Source: Podarcis vaucheri (taxonomy: Eukaryota). From it: 64,000 nt of DNA. The position numbers and the translations under genes are program-made. The stretch is from the NCBI GenBank assembly GCA_965113315.1, contig OZ220366.1, one strand, 5' to 3'. Below, piece by piece: positions 1-12,337 of this stretch (the first letter of the stretch is position 1; each line of letters begins with the position of its first letter). The notes beneath the pieces are model-generated. The model saw only the letters and a program-made list of their open reading frames with translations. It was not told the DNA's origin and made no database searches.

Positions 1-926
1 CCCCAACCACTGGTCACGCTTGCTGGGGCTGATGGGAGTTGGAGTCCAACAACTTCTGGAGGGCCACAGATTTCTTCACCCCACTATGGGCTGCTGGGGG
101 GGACAACTCCACTAAAGTTAGTTTCATATTCTAGGGTTCCTGGTTTGTTGTTATGTGCAAATAAAGGACTGTGTTCTTAGAACAAACTCTGGATGTTTAA
201 ACAATGCCATTTCATAACTCACTGATTAGTTTTGAAATTGACTGGGAAATCTGGTTTGCATGTAATGCCAGAAATCTTGGAAACTGAAAATAAATTTCTT
301 CTCTCCCCCTCCCCCCCACTTTAGTTTTCCATTAGTATCTGCTGCTCTGGGCCGTTACTGGAGTCCAAGGGTTACACACATGTGAAGGTGGTGAATAGTT
401 TGTGTTAAGGACTCTGAGTGAGAGGCAGGGAAGGGAAGACTTCCCAGGGTGAGAGCTGGGAGGGTCCACCACTTTCTGTGTGAGACAAGGGTTAGGACTC
501 TGTGTTTTCTCTTCTCTGTCTTTGGTTTTGTTTGTGTTTAGAATAGTTTATTTTCTCTTATTACATTATGAAAAAGTTTTAATAAAATCTTATTTTAAAA
601 AAGAAAGAAGAAATTAATTCTGGTGAAGATATCCTCCTTGTAGTGTAAGAGGAGGAGTGAGATGAGTGCTATGTTCACACAAATAGCACTAAACCATGGT
701 TTAGTGCACAATCATCAATGCATATCATCAATGTATTAGTTCAAGCCAAGCACATCTTTTATGCTGGTGTTAATTCTGCTAAGCTGGTTCCTTCAGCTCT
801 GCCATTTAGATGCAATTTAGAGCCCATCTTTTCCCAGAATTGTACCTCAAAATAGACATTGGTTAAAATGCCATTTTAATCAACAGATTTTTTTAAAACA
901 ACAACCCACAAATACTAAAGCTTCAC

Positions 927-1069
927 CTGCTTGAAAACAGTCAGGCAGCAGAGTCTCTGGCAAGGTGTCCGGCAAAAGATAACCATTTTTCCGAGCAACA
1001 ACAAGGTGAAAGGCGGCACAAAACTCTGGTAATGTCAGTGCTCCATCACAGTCTACATCACTTAGCTCC
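927..1069 (-). CDS. REPS2: REPS2 exon 8 (end of central EH domain); gene continues beyond the left edge
   Basis: cacAG acceptor and G|GTGAAG donor; 143 nt; encodes (W)[47 protein letters not shown], matching the recalled REPS2 EH domain. Confidence 0.95.
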
Positions 1070-1849
1070 CTGTGAATAAGATAGCTGAGTGCATTATTGA
1101 AATAAAAATCTTTGTTTGCATGCACAATATATATAATTGTGGGGAACGCTGCTTTTGAGTTATGGATTTGTTTTATTTTGACATTTAAGATGTTTTTCTT
1201 TAAAATTTATCTCATTAAACCATTGTAACTTTTCTTTAATACATTCCTTTTCTGAATATTTTAATGTCTATCTATGTCTATATATGGCAATGCTCCTCCT
1301 TACAAGTTTAGAAATTTAATAGGATTCATATAAAACTGAAGTTGCAGTGGGCCATATGCAATGTCAGCTAGATAGATTTCTTTAAAAAAAACACAGGGTA
1401 AGGCCTCATTAGTAAAGTGTTGATGAATTATGCAGCAGTACTTTTTAAATAAGTTAGGTATTAATTGGGTTTCAACTGATAAGCACAGCTAGAACTGAAG
1501 CTTATGATGTTATCTTAACTATTCTGAATGTATGTTTATCTGAATCCATTTCACAAAAATATCTGTTGAATTATTGTGCTAATTATGTTCTTTAAGATAT
1601 TCTTCTAGTGTGCATTGCTGTTCAAATCTCTCTAGTCCTGCTGAGAAGGGACAGTATCTCTACAAAGATAACAAGCATAAAATAAAGATCAACATACACC
1701 CTGCTGTGCCTGGACCTCAAAGTGATTTTGATGGGAGCAATTAGTGTGATTTCTTTAGAGATAAATTCTAAGAAGTATGAAGAACTTTCAGCCACAGTAG
1801 TTTCTCTTACACACAATAAAATTAATCTGAATTACAAAACAGTACTTAC

Positions 1850-1913
1850 CATATGTGCGAAAGCTCAGGGATTGGCAGCTTAGATTTTGTGAAGAAGTTC
1901 TTAGCCACAGAGC
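1850..1913 (-). CDS. REPS2: REPS2 exon 7
   Basis: gacAG acceptor and TG|GTAAGT donor; 64 nt; (G)SVAKNFFTKSKLPIPELSHI(W). Confidence 0.95.
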
Positions 1914-2626
1914 CTGTCAACAGAAATGGCTTGTCAAACAGTGAAATAATAAGCTACTGAACAACACATTTTCCAAAGCATTTCAATATAAAGAAATTAC
2001 TCAAGAGTACTCTTTACTATGCAATGCTATTTAACACTAGACATGTTTGTTCGAAATATTTTGCTCCAATATCACTATTCTAATCAGAAGACATGAACAT
2101 GTTGTTGGGGGAACTGGACATGGAGGAAGGGGTTAATTTCTTTTATAGGCACAGACTACTCCATGTATGAGATAAAGCCAACAGGAGAAATCTCATCTGC
2201 ATGTGTGACTGGGGTTGCTTTTTTGGGTTTGTAAAATCCTGTTAAGTTTAAATTCTGGCCAAGGGTGAGAGGCATAATACACTTTCAAATCTTCTGGAAT
2301 ATTCCAGAAATGCAACAACATGCCTAAAGAAAATCTCTTGGAATGGGACTAATCTTTAAAATTAATAGCACAGCACAAAAAGCTCAGCTTCTTATTCAGC
2401 TGATTTTTTTGCTCTAAATTGAACTAAATTGCTCAGAATCGGGAGTGCTCAAACCCCAATTTCCTAGTTCCAGCATCACAACAAACTGATTTTTTTTAAA
2501 AAACAGGAAATATTCAATAAAATCAGGTGTGTGAAGTAGGGGTGGAAAGGGAGACTCCTCAAGGGTGGCTTGTTGGAATGAAAATGCAAATGCAATGTAT
2601 GAAACACATGCAAGGAGGGGAGGACA

Positions 2627-2671
2627 GGACACAGACAGGGACACGGACACAGACACAGACACAGACACACA

Positions 2672-2724
<53 letters not shown>
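2627..2724. repeat. Compound microsatellite (GACACA)n-(CA)n-(GA)n
   Basis: Read directly from the sequence. Confidence 0.95.
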
Positions 2725-2728
<4 letters not shown>

Positions 2729-3361
2729 CTGTTACTGCTTGCTCATCCCTCAAGTTGCAACCTGTTTTTCTTGCCAGAAAAAAGAAGACAAGACATAATT
2801 GTCTACTTCAGAGACAGCTTTGGAAATGGCCTAGAGATGCATGGTCACTATATTACTGTTTTCATGCAAGGAGATAAACTCCCTGAAGAAATTACAAGTT
2901 TAATGTGCTGTGTAAAGTCCCAACTGAGTATTTTTTGAATCACAACTACATTTATAAGACATAATTAAAATGCAAGTTAATAGTGAATAATTTTAAACTC
3001 TTATTAAATAAAAACATACAAGGAGTAAAAAAACCAAATGGCAACTGTACCATAACATATCTCATGTGAAAACATTCTTCACCTATGATTGAATCTCTTC
3101 TACTGAACGCAGTGGAATTTTAAAGCATTTAACTTTGTCTGGATCATGCACAATATATTATTGAGATATGTTTTTTAAAAACAAACAAGAACACAGTAAC
3201 TCACTTGTGACATTAAAAAAAGGAAATAAGAGCCTGTGCCCATATCCATACATACAAAACACCCAAAACACTTAAAAAATCCAAGAGGCTTGCACTTCGC
3301 CTGTGTCAGTTCCTTGTCCTTTTACTCTAGCCTTCCTTGCTGTGCATACAATGAACATTAC

Positions 3362-3500
3362 CTGAAATGAAAGAGGTCAGGTCAGGTTGTAGGGACTTGA
3401 ACTGATTGGTGTAATATTCTCGTTGCTCCTCAGTTATTCTCCAGGGGTCATCTGAGTAATTACTACTGCCGTCCTGTGGTTCTCTCTCTACTGAAAGAGA
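3362..3500 (-). CDS. REPS2: REPS2 exon 6
   Basis: gaAG acceptor and CAG|GTAATG donor; 139 nt; [46 protein letters not shown](G). Confidence 0.93.
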
Positions 3501-4491
3501 CTTCAGGGGGGGGAGGGCAAAGCATCATTTTGAAAGGTAGAGAAAATGCTGAGATGTCTGAACTTTCAAAGTATTGAAGTTGCTTTGTTCTTACTGTGTA
3601 GTTCTTTTTAAAAGAAATTGATGGGGAAGGCCTGATTTCAATAATAGTCCTGTTGGGTTTACAATAAATGCCTTTATTCATAGGACTATAGGAAATTTTA
3701 CATACATCAAACTAAATCTGTATGAATATAAACACTGGACTGACTCGAATGTAACACCAAACAATGGTTCAGTATTATGAGAATTAGCCTAGTTGTGCCT
3801 TGGATTCATGCAGTTCTGCCCTCTTCATTCAGCACAACCATAAGGAGATTGGAAGCCTTTGCTTCCATTTTTTATTAGGAACAGCTTGCCCTGAACCCAA
3901 GAAACTGTGATTAATCGTATGGTTATTGAAATCAGACTTCTTCAAACTCATTAAATTCTAGTCCCATCAATACAATGACATGAAACTCAATCCATATAAC
4001 TGCTCATGCTGCATTTCATTAGTAAGAAGTCCTCACTTTACCTTTGATCCATTGGAATCACACATAAAAAACAGAATCTAGAGTTCACACATTTCATTGT
4101 GAGTTTGTTTCAACCGAGCCCCTTCTCTACTTTAAATGCTTTCTAGGAGTCAAATTATTCTTTTCCCACAGGGGAAAAAATGGCGCCCAGAAGCTGTCCA
4201 TTATATTATAATATTGTGTATCCATTTGACTGATTTTATCATATGCTGCATGTGCCCTGAGAAAGGCAGCTAACAAGATTGCGAAACAAACTACTGTCAT
4301 ACATCCATATTAACCTGTGGTAGTTTTCTAGTGAATGCCACAGTTTGAGCTATAGGGTAGATCTGTTTGTGGCTACACTCAAGATTATTTCAAACATTAT
4401 TGATCATAAAATCATGTTGATTCTCAATAATTATTTCAGGCAACATTGCTGTTTTCATTTTAAACATCTTACATCCTGAGTAGTTCATTAC

Positions 4492-4589
4492 CCGAATGAG
4501 AGATGAATATGGTGGAACTGATTTAGACCCATAATTCCCTGTAGTTGGTCCATCTTGTTGGACAGCAGTATGTTTAACTTCATATGAAC
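4492..4589 (-). CDS. REPS2: REPS2 exon 5
   Basis: catAG acceptor and CGG|GTAATG donor; 98 nt; (G)SYEVKHTAVQQDGPTTGNYGSKSVPPYSSLIR; phase fits neighbours and it ends SLIR as in human. Confidence 0.88.
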
Positions 4590-6209
4590 CTATGGAAAAT
4601 TAAGGGGAAAATAAAAACTGAATACTTGCTAATGTTGTGCAAAATCAAAGATGACAAAACATATATCACCCTTCAGTCTCAAAAAAAAAAAAAACAACAA
4701 CCACAATTACACCTCCTATGAAAGGTCTCTTTATTACCCAAATCCTTCACTTATGTTAAAGCCTGATTCTAAAAATGCTACTGCTCATGCTGTTGACTAT
4801 TGACCAAATACTCACTTACTGTGTTGAAAGGTGATTTTTTTAATCCACACTAAAAGCATAACATCTGACTTTTTGCCTAAGTATCCTATTGCAGAGAAGG
4901 AAGCAAGTGCTCTTTCATGAGACATGCTAACATCAAGAAAAACATAAATGAACAAGGATTCATTGATGGCAGCATAAGAGTTTGATTCAAAACAACTAAA
5001 TTCAGTGTTAGCCAAGAGTAAACACTGGTATTGCCAACTAGGGAGAACTACACACCATTTTGGAGGCATCTTTCACTGAAACCACAAACGCTTGCATCCA
5101 AATATTGATTCTGAACATTCAACAGTCTGTTACGTCTTGTGCAAGTAAAGAATGAGACCTAGAATTTAAACGGAACTGTAGTTCATTAAATCACTTAAAA
5201 CTGGAACCCTCTTGAATGGAATGGGCCCTTCAAGAGGAACAGGGCATTGAAAAGAATAGAAGCTCTGCTCATGGAAGGGGACTCTGCCCGATTTTCAGCC
5301 ATTTCTCCTTTCCTCTCCACCCCACAGCCCAGAAAAGGTTCTGCAGTGGTGAGATGCTGCTGGGGAGGGGATGTAGGGGTGTTACCTGCTGCCCATTCTT
5401 CAGGATCTGGATCCACCTTCCAGCCACTTATCTGGATCCTAGCTTGAATTCTACCAAGCTTTATCAAGACACCAACAAAAATAGGCAGAACAACTGGTGT
5501 GCATGTATGCAAAATCCATGACAGAGCAAGTGTCACATCTAATGCTGTGCCAGCCGGCTGAGGCCAAGTTACGAGGTGTGTGTGATGTGCCTCCACACTT
5601 CTATTTCTTTCTTCTTCTTTTTTTTAAATCCTCATTCCACTGGAAGGCCATTACTACACCCGGAAGACTGCACTCAGTGGTGAAGTTGTTCTCAATTCTA
5701 TCCACCATAACTTTAAAATGGGTTGATTTACTAAAGTATATAAAGAAACTGGCACATCCTTCCTCCCAATCCCTCCTCCTCCCTGAGATTTCTCATTACC
5801 TGTACTTAGGTAAGTATAAATCCCTTATTCATTTGGATGTTCACATAGTGTACCATATCCTATATTTATCTTAACAGATTTACCCAAAGTTGTCCATGTG
5901 TTGCCAGCAGGACATCCATTATTTAACTGTTGAATAAATTCAATAAAGTACTGCTTTTGTTCAACTAAATCTATGGCTACAATAACCCCCACCACACCCT
6001 ACATTGAAAAGGGTTGAGAATATAAATCTGTAAACAGATGCTTGTTCTAATTTAAACTGATTCTCAGGAAGAGGAAGACAAGACCGAATAATGAGAAAGC
6101 ACACAAATCAAGTCAGTTTCTTTTAAAAGAGATGTAATTAATTTATGAAATTGCTGGGCTGCTTCCGTGCTTTTATGATTTGATTATTCCAAAGCAGATC
6201 TCATCTTAC

Positions 6210-6336
6210 CTCCATGCTGCTGCTCAAGCCCACTTCTCAGGACACCATATCCATAACTCAAGGGAATCCTCTGGTAGGTTGATGGAGAAGCAGGAGGTGA
6301 ATCAATGGGAGACATAGGGGGAGACTTTGCTTCTTG
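6210..6336 (-). CDS. REPS2: REPS2 exon 4
   Basis: gaAG acceptor and GAG|GTAAGA donor; 127 nt; QEAKSPPMSPIDSPPASPSTYQRIPLSYGYGVLRSGLEQQHG. Confidence 0.92.
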
Positions 6337-7540
6337 CTTCAAAATAATTTTTTAGAAAAGAATAAGGACTTTGAATGCTGGCTGTTCCATAGTCAAAGTG
6401 ATTTCATCTAACCACAATAGAATATTAAATTGTAAAAATAAATAAATATGCCCACATAAATCCTCCTCTGCAATTTTTGATATTGCTGAACACTCAAAAT
6501 TTCATGTCAATATCTGAGATTCATTGTTACATGATTTCATGATCTGATATTTGACAGATGACTTACAACAGTATGATCATATCTGACTGTACTTGACACT
6601 TGACATGGAACAGTATTTATTACTTGATATGACTTGATAGCCAATAGGGCCTATCTATCAAATGAAAAACTACTGACTATCAAAGAATGACAGTTTCAAG
6701 CAGAGATAAAACTTTGAAATCATTAGTTTTTTAATTTGAAATTTGAGTGCATTGGACAGTCTCCTGTTTGGTTTTTGTTATCATATGAAATAAATTAACA
6801 AATACCACATAGGAGACTTTCTAAAGTACTTGTTTAAAATTTAAAATCTAAATTTTGATGATTTCAAAGTCTTCTTCCTTGTCTGTCTGAAATTGGCACA
6901 TCACATATTCACTCTTGCCCAGTTTATAGTTCAAGAAAGCACAGGGATGACCATTAGCAAAATTAATGTGTTGAAAGACCTCAGCGTGGAAAGGTGTTGA
7001 TACAGCTAGCCTACTTTTTATTTTTTATAAAAAAAAAACAATGGCCTGCTTTTTATCCATTAAAGGAGCTGGCAAAAATGGGATCAAGTGCTCTGTTGTG
7101 ACTTCCCTTAGCCCTCATATGAGTAAGATATAAAAGGGGGGCGGAATACAGGGCAAGTAGTAACTTTCAATGGCAAATTTGCTAGGTGGCTACAGCTTTT
7201 GTGTCACTGTATTCCACTGGCCTTATAAGCAATTGGAAAACACATACATTGGACCTGGAAGAAAAGTCTGTAGCATTGACATTCCATAGAATAAATTGTA
7301 TTCCATTCTAATGGCTGAGCAATTTCACTTTTTCGTCTCAGTTAACACATCTGGACCATTAAAGACTATCTGCAGTTCAAAGAGGCAGCAATCAATTGTA
7401 AAAGTCAAATAATCATGCTGATAAATAATAGTTTACTTTAATGAGAAATCTCAACAGTCAGTGTGTATAGAAAATAAAAATAATCTAGTGCCTTATAGTT
7501 AGTTGTACACCAAAATTTCTACTTTGCAAAGGGCCTTTAC

Positions 7541-7689
7541 CTGCTTTTCTCCTCCATCCAATCTTCTGAAGCAATTTTTTTCAAGTGTTGCATGTGGAAT
7601 CTGAAATTTAGTTCCATGAGCTTCTGCTGGATGAGTGTACCTTACATCACTATCAGTTTTCAGTGCCATAAATCGAGGCAAGGGCAATT
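7541..7689 (-). CDS. REPS2: REPS2 exon 3
   Basis: taAG acceptor and CAG|GTAAAG donor; 149 nt; (E)LPLPRFMALKTDSDVRYTHPAEAHGTKFQIPHATLEKNCFRRLDGGEKQ. Confidence 0.93.
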
Positions 7690-8433
7690 CTTAAATAAAT
7701 ATCAGAAATAAAGACAAAATAAAATTTCATGGAACTATGCATATTGAAACAAAGCTCCCCACCACAAAAGTCAATTTAACACTAAGCAGTGTTAAAAGAG
7801 AACAGAATTCCTATCCAAAAGTATACTCATACTCAAAACACAATCTATAGCCTCACTGACTGACCAGGAAACGTATCTCACAATATAAGAATTTCTAATG
7901 GGGTACTTGTACATGATATATAAAAATGAAATTTGGTATACATGGCGATTCAGTGAGTAGAAAAGTGCAAAAGAGTGGATATTTTTGCATTTAGCAACTT
8001 AACGGAGGATTTCACGTTTGCCTAGAGACTGGTTTGTGGAGTACTACAATCCTTGTTGCCATGAAAAGGATTCTCCCTAGTAAGTGTGAGTAAATATGCA
8101 TAGGGCTGCACTGTTAATCATGAAGTTAATCTGTCTAGTGCAGGTATAACTCTCAGCAAGGTTAATGAAAACTATTGTTTGCAATCCTTTTCAAAGCATG
8201 GCTTTACAGCTGGGATAATAGTCCATATTTAAGCATAGTCTAGATATATGAGCATAACACTTAACAGTGGTTAAGTATAGGAGAACAGCTTTAAAATCAT
8301 GCAGCATTTTCCCATTCATTATACAATACATCCTACACATTCACTGAATTTACACATTTTGTAATTTATAGTTACCATCTCAAATGGAGTTTTGGAATAA
8401 ACACCAAGGAAGACAACTAGGGTTTGAAGTTCA

Positions 8434-8537
8434 GGGAAGTTTTTAATGTGTGACATCTTAGTGTATTTTTGGTCTTTGTGAAAGCTGCCCAGAGTGGCTG
8501 GGGAAACCCAGCCAGATGGGTGGGGTACAAATAATAA

Positions 8538-8583
<46 letters not shown>
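8434..8583 (+). mobile_element. L2-clade LINE 3' end with (ATT)n tail
   Basis: gctgcccagagtggctggggaaacccagccagatgggtggggtacaaata, shared with the longer copy at 47270-47575. Confidence 0.7.
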
Positions 8584-8597
8584 TTGAAAACAGTTAC

Positions 8598-8721
8598 CAT
8601 TCTGAATGCTTTCGATCCGTACTGGGAGGCCAGACTGCGCAGCAGCGATTAGCTTCACAGCAGCATAAAACTGAGCACGCCCAAAATAGCCAACACGTTT
8701 AGCACCACACAATTCTGTAAT
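8598..8721 (-). CDS. REPS2: REPS2 exon 2 (N-terminal EH-like domain)
   Basis: ttcAG acceptor and G|GTAACT donor; 124 nt; [41 protein letters not shown]. Confidence 0.95.
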
Positions 8722-11432
8722 CTGAAAGGAGAGAAAGGGGTGAAGGGAGACAGAGTTCAAATAATTAAAACACTTAACGCTTTCAATGTAAAAATTAGTT
8801 GGAGATGAAACTGTAAAGATGCAAACTACTGAAGAAAAGCTGGAATTGTGTTTGCAAAGAGACAAACTTCTGGTGCAGGCATCTGACCTACATTTGACAC
8901 CCCAAAAGGCTAACATTCCATTGCAGAGGCAGTTTCCCCATATCCTCCCATTCACCCATTACAAATATACCTTCCCTGACTAGAGACTGTGCTACACATA
9001 ATCTATCTTCACACAACTCAGCTCTTTTGCCCATCGTTAGGGGGAACAGTAATCCTTGTGTGGAATACCTGAATATTGTATATAACCAGTGGGAAGCATG
9101 TAGAAAAGTTTCTTCTTTTTTAAGGAAGAAAAACAGATGTTGAGCTACAGAAATTTCCCTCTCACTCAATTTAGTCAGGAAGAAAATGTTTCCTCAAGAA
9201 CAGGAAAAAAATGTTTCATTAGATGATTTCAAAAAAATTACTGTCCCCCAGTATGAGGAGTCCTTTGGCTGTCAAAATAGTGGGTCCAATCGTCAAGAAA
9301 GAGGTTTCTGCATGTGCTGTTGAGGGAAATGAGGGACAGATGGGGCTCATCAACCTGGGAAGATAGCTCATCTAGGAAAAGTGAAAGTCTGATGCCACTG
9401 CCTTTTGGCTACACTCATTAGTGAGAAAAGCTTCAGGAGTAAACCTTGAGGTACAACCCATACCTGTTGCCTTGTGCAACATTTTTAGGAAAAGAAAATG
9501 CTAAGGAGCAAACCCTGCACAAATCCAGAGTGGAGTCCCTAAGAAGGTTGGATGGTGCCTTGTACGCTTCCTTCCAGCAACTCCTGCGGCCAAGCTGGTG
9601 CTAAATGTATTTCTCTGATTTCCTTTGGACAGCATCAGTGAGGCTGGAGGGGGGTATTGTCACCTGAGCAGCCCAGGACAAACCTCCATATACACTGTCC
9701 AGGCTTCCACCATGGAGAGATCACTTTGGCGCTGCAAACACAGCAAAAATTAACATGGGATGCTGTCAAAGGGACTTCTCTTGAAGGAAGGGAACCTTTG
9801 GAAACAACCCATTATCTTCTAAAGCAGAGATTGCCAACATGGTGAATGTGGGTGCAATGATGACCTCTATGCCACTCGCCCCACTCACTATCCCGTTGGT
9901 CATGAGGTGTTATGGGGTGGTTACTTTTTTCTACTGTTAGAAGAGTTGACACTCTTTCCCACTTCCTTTTCCAGATCTATGCACTTTTCAAAGCTCAGAT
10001 TAATTCTACTGGACATCACTTTTACCCTGATCCCTTGGGAAAGCAAAGTGTGTTTGTGCATGCACTTTATTTTTGTTTGTCTTGATGGGGGCAGGGCAAC
10101 CTCTGTTCTGTCAAGTGCACAACTAGCAGCACCATAAAGGGGAACAGCTCCTCCTTAGATTCTTCAAGATTCCACCATTCAAAATTCATCAGAGTAAAAG
10201 CTGATGAATCCTGCCAATCCTAGCCAGATCAGACTGGCTAATCACGCAGGTGAGAGGAGTAAAAGCAACCGTTTCCTGACATTATCGTTCTTGGTTTCTT
10301 TTAATAATAGTTTTTCATCAATTACAAGACAACTTAAAAACTCTAATTTTTATTATACAGTCTCATGACTTAAAAAGTTAACACATCCAACAGAATTTTT
10401 GCTATATCATCACTTTGCCATAAAGACTTCTAACCTTGCTGAGCGCAATAGAGCAACAACAGCTGTGGTGAAAAGATATAATCACAGAACAGGATAAATG
10501 CTTATACTTTTATAAAATAAAAGGAATAAAAAGGGTGTATGATCTCTACTCTAAAATGCCAACATCTGATAAATACTTTCAGAAATGCAGTAAAACTTTT
10601 CCTGTTTGAGCTGGCAATCAACACAAATACAAAAACACATATCCAATTTTACTCTAAGTGGGTATTGTGCTTTATTTTTAACTGTTACCCTTCCTGAGCA
10701 CAGAAACAGAACTAAAACATTTTCAAGTGTGTCATAACTAGTTTCATCGTGGAATTTGTGGACTACTATGGAGAACAATCTTGTACCAAGCTTTGACGCC
10801 TGTTGCTGTTGTCCTGTTTTTCGCTTGCTAGGAAACAAATGACAGAGTGAATTTGTTCACATCCAAAATGTTTTTGGCTTCTGCAGTATTTTTTTTTTTT
10901 AAGCATGTACTAATCCTGTCACAAGTAGCAGAGTACTTCATTAACAAATGTACTTGGGATTTGGTAAGCAAGTTAAAGCATTATTAAAAACAACTACTTT
11001 GAAGAGAGAGAAAAAGCTAGTGGTCTTTTTCTTTAAGTTTTACAACTGCTAGTGTAAACACTCCTGCAATAAATAGTCCAAAGTGCTTTGTCCCAAAACA
11101 CAAGGTTCCAATTCTGGTGCATCAGTCAAATTATTAACTTGACAATTCCAAGTGGGTTGACTGCTTTAAGGTCCCAAACAGAAAACAGGATGTGTTGCTG
11201 GGCTCTTGTGAGCCATTCTTTTTCATCTCACTAACCCTGCTTCAGCTACAACCTTGTCTAAAATAAACTCTGAAAATATTGTCACCTTTACATCTACAGA
11301 ACTACTTGAGTGGCAGGTCAACAGAAACTGATGGGCTATTACTGCCTATAAACACTAGCCTTGGAGGATTCTCTTTCTCTGCTAGGCCACTCTGGTGAGT
11401 CCAATCCAGAACCCTTCCTTTTCCCTCTAGAG

Positions 11433-11618
11433 CAGGGGTAGTCAACCTTTTTATATCTACCGCCCACTAATGCATCTTTCTGGATGGTAAAATTTCCTTA
11501 CCGCCCACCAGTGCTCAATGGAAGGAGGATTCAGCTTGTGCCGTAGAAACCCCTGCCGCCCACCTAGAATCCTGAAACGCCCAGTAGTGGGTGGTAGGGA
11601 CCAGGTTGACAGCCTCTG
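11433..11618. mobile_element. hAT (Charlie-like) MITE
   Basis: TIRs CAGGGGTAGTCAACCT / AGGTTGACAGCCTCTG; perfect 8-bp TSD CTCTAGAG (11425-11432, 11619-11626). Confidence 0.88.
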
Positions 11619-12210
11619 CTCTAGAGCTAGAGACACTTGGGGTGGGGGGACGGGGAGATTGTTCAGGAATGTACAACATCAGAATGAAGTGCTGGGCTGG
11701 CATGAGAAATAACTAGATCACAGATATGCTCTGAAAAAATATTTCTATCAACCCTCAGGACCTTCTAAAAACAATATAAGAGCATTAGTCGAATCCTCTG
11801 CTGAGAACAGATTGCTGCTGGAGATGAATGTGGTGTGATAATACCATGATACACATCACATGGTATTTTCTACTAGAAAATATTTCAGACACATCATTTT
11901 CAAGTGGTAAAATATTTCCACTCTGACAGCATTTGAGTATTTTATTTTGACACCTAAGGGATTACTGTAGTCCTTTTTTAATGTATTTATATTTTTGTGC
12001 CAATGTTATTCTTTCTGATGTGATACTGCATTTCATTGTTTGATTTGTGTTGTGCACCACCTAGAGGACTAGATAATTAATAAATGTAAACAAATGAAAT
12101 ATCACTGATAAGAGAAAGTGAGAGCAGCTTAAAAAAAAGAAAAGCATTTGAAGCATCAGCTCATTAGGCAACTTTCACCACCACAGCCTGAAATTACACT
12201 GCATCCACAA

Positions 12211-12337
12211 CAAGAGTGGTGAATATCCTGTGGCCCTCCAGAGGTCGTTAAGACCCCAACTCCCACTATCCCTATCGATTGGCTGATGGGAGTTGGGAAT
12301 CCAATAATTTCTAGAGGGCCACAGGCCATCCACCCCT
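12211..12337. mobile_element. Palindromic hAT-type MITE (related copies at about 1-85 and 49213-49332)
   Basis: Hairpin arms CCTGTGGCCCTCCAGA...CCAACTCCCA / TGGGAGTTGG...TCTAGAGGGCCACAGG. Confidence 0.7.

Noticed and set aside
330-610. Segment ending in AATAAA plus an A-rich run, possibly a retroposed 3' end
   Set aside because: No convincing TSD or recognisable family, so it was not called.
2414-2877. ORFs rich in CV/TH/RE repeats
   Set aside because: These are microsatellite translations.
5195-5596. 133-aa ORF in REPS2 intron 4 as a possible extra exon
   Set aside because: Exons 4 and 5 already join in phase, and there is no convincing similarity to REPS1/REPS2.
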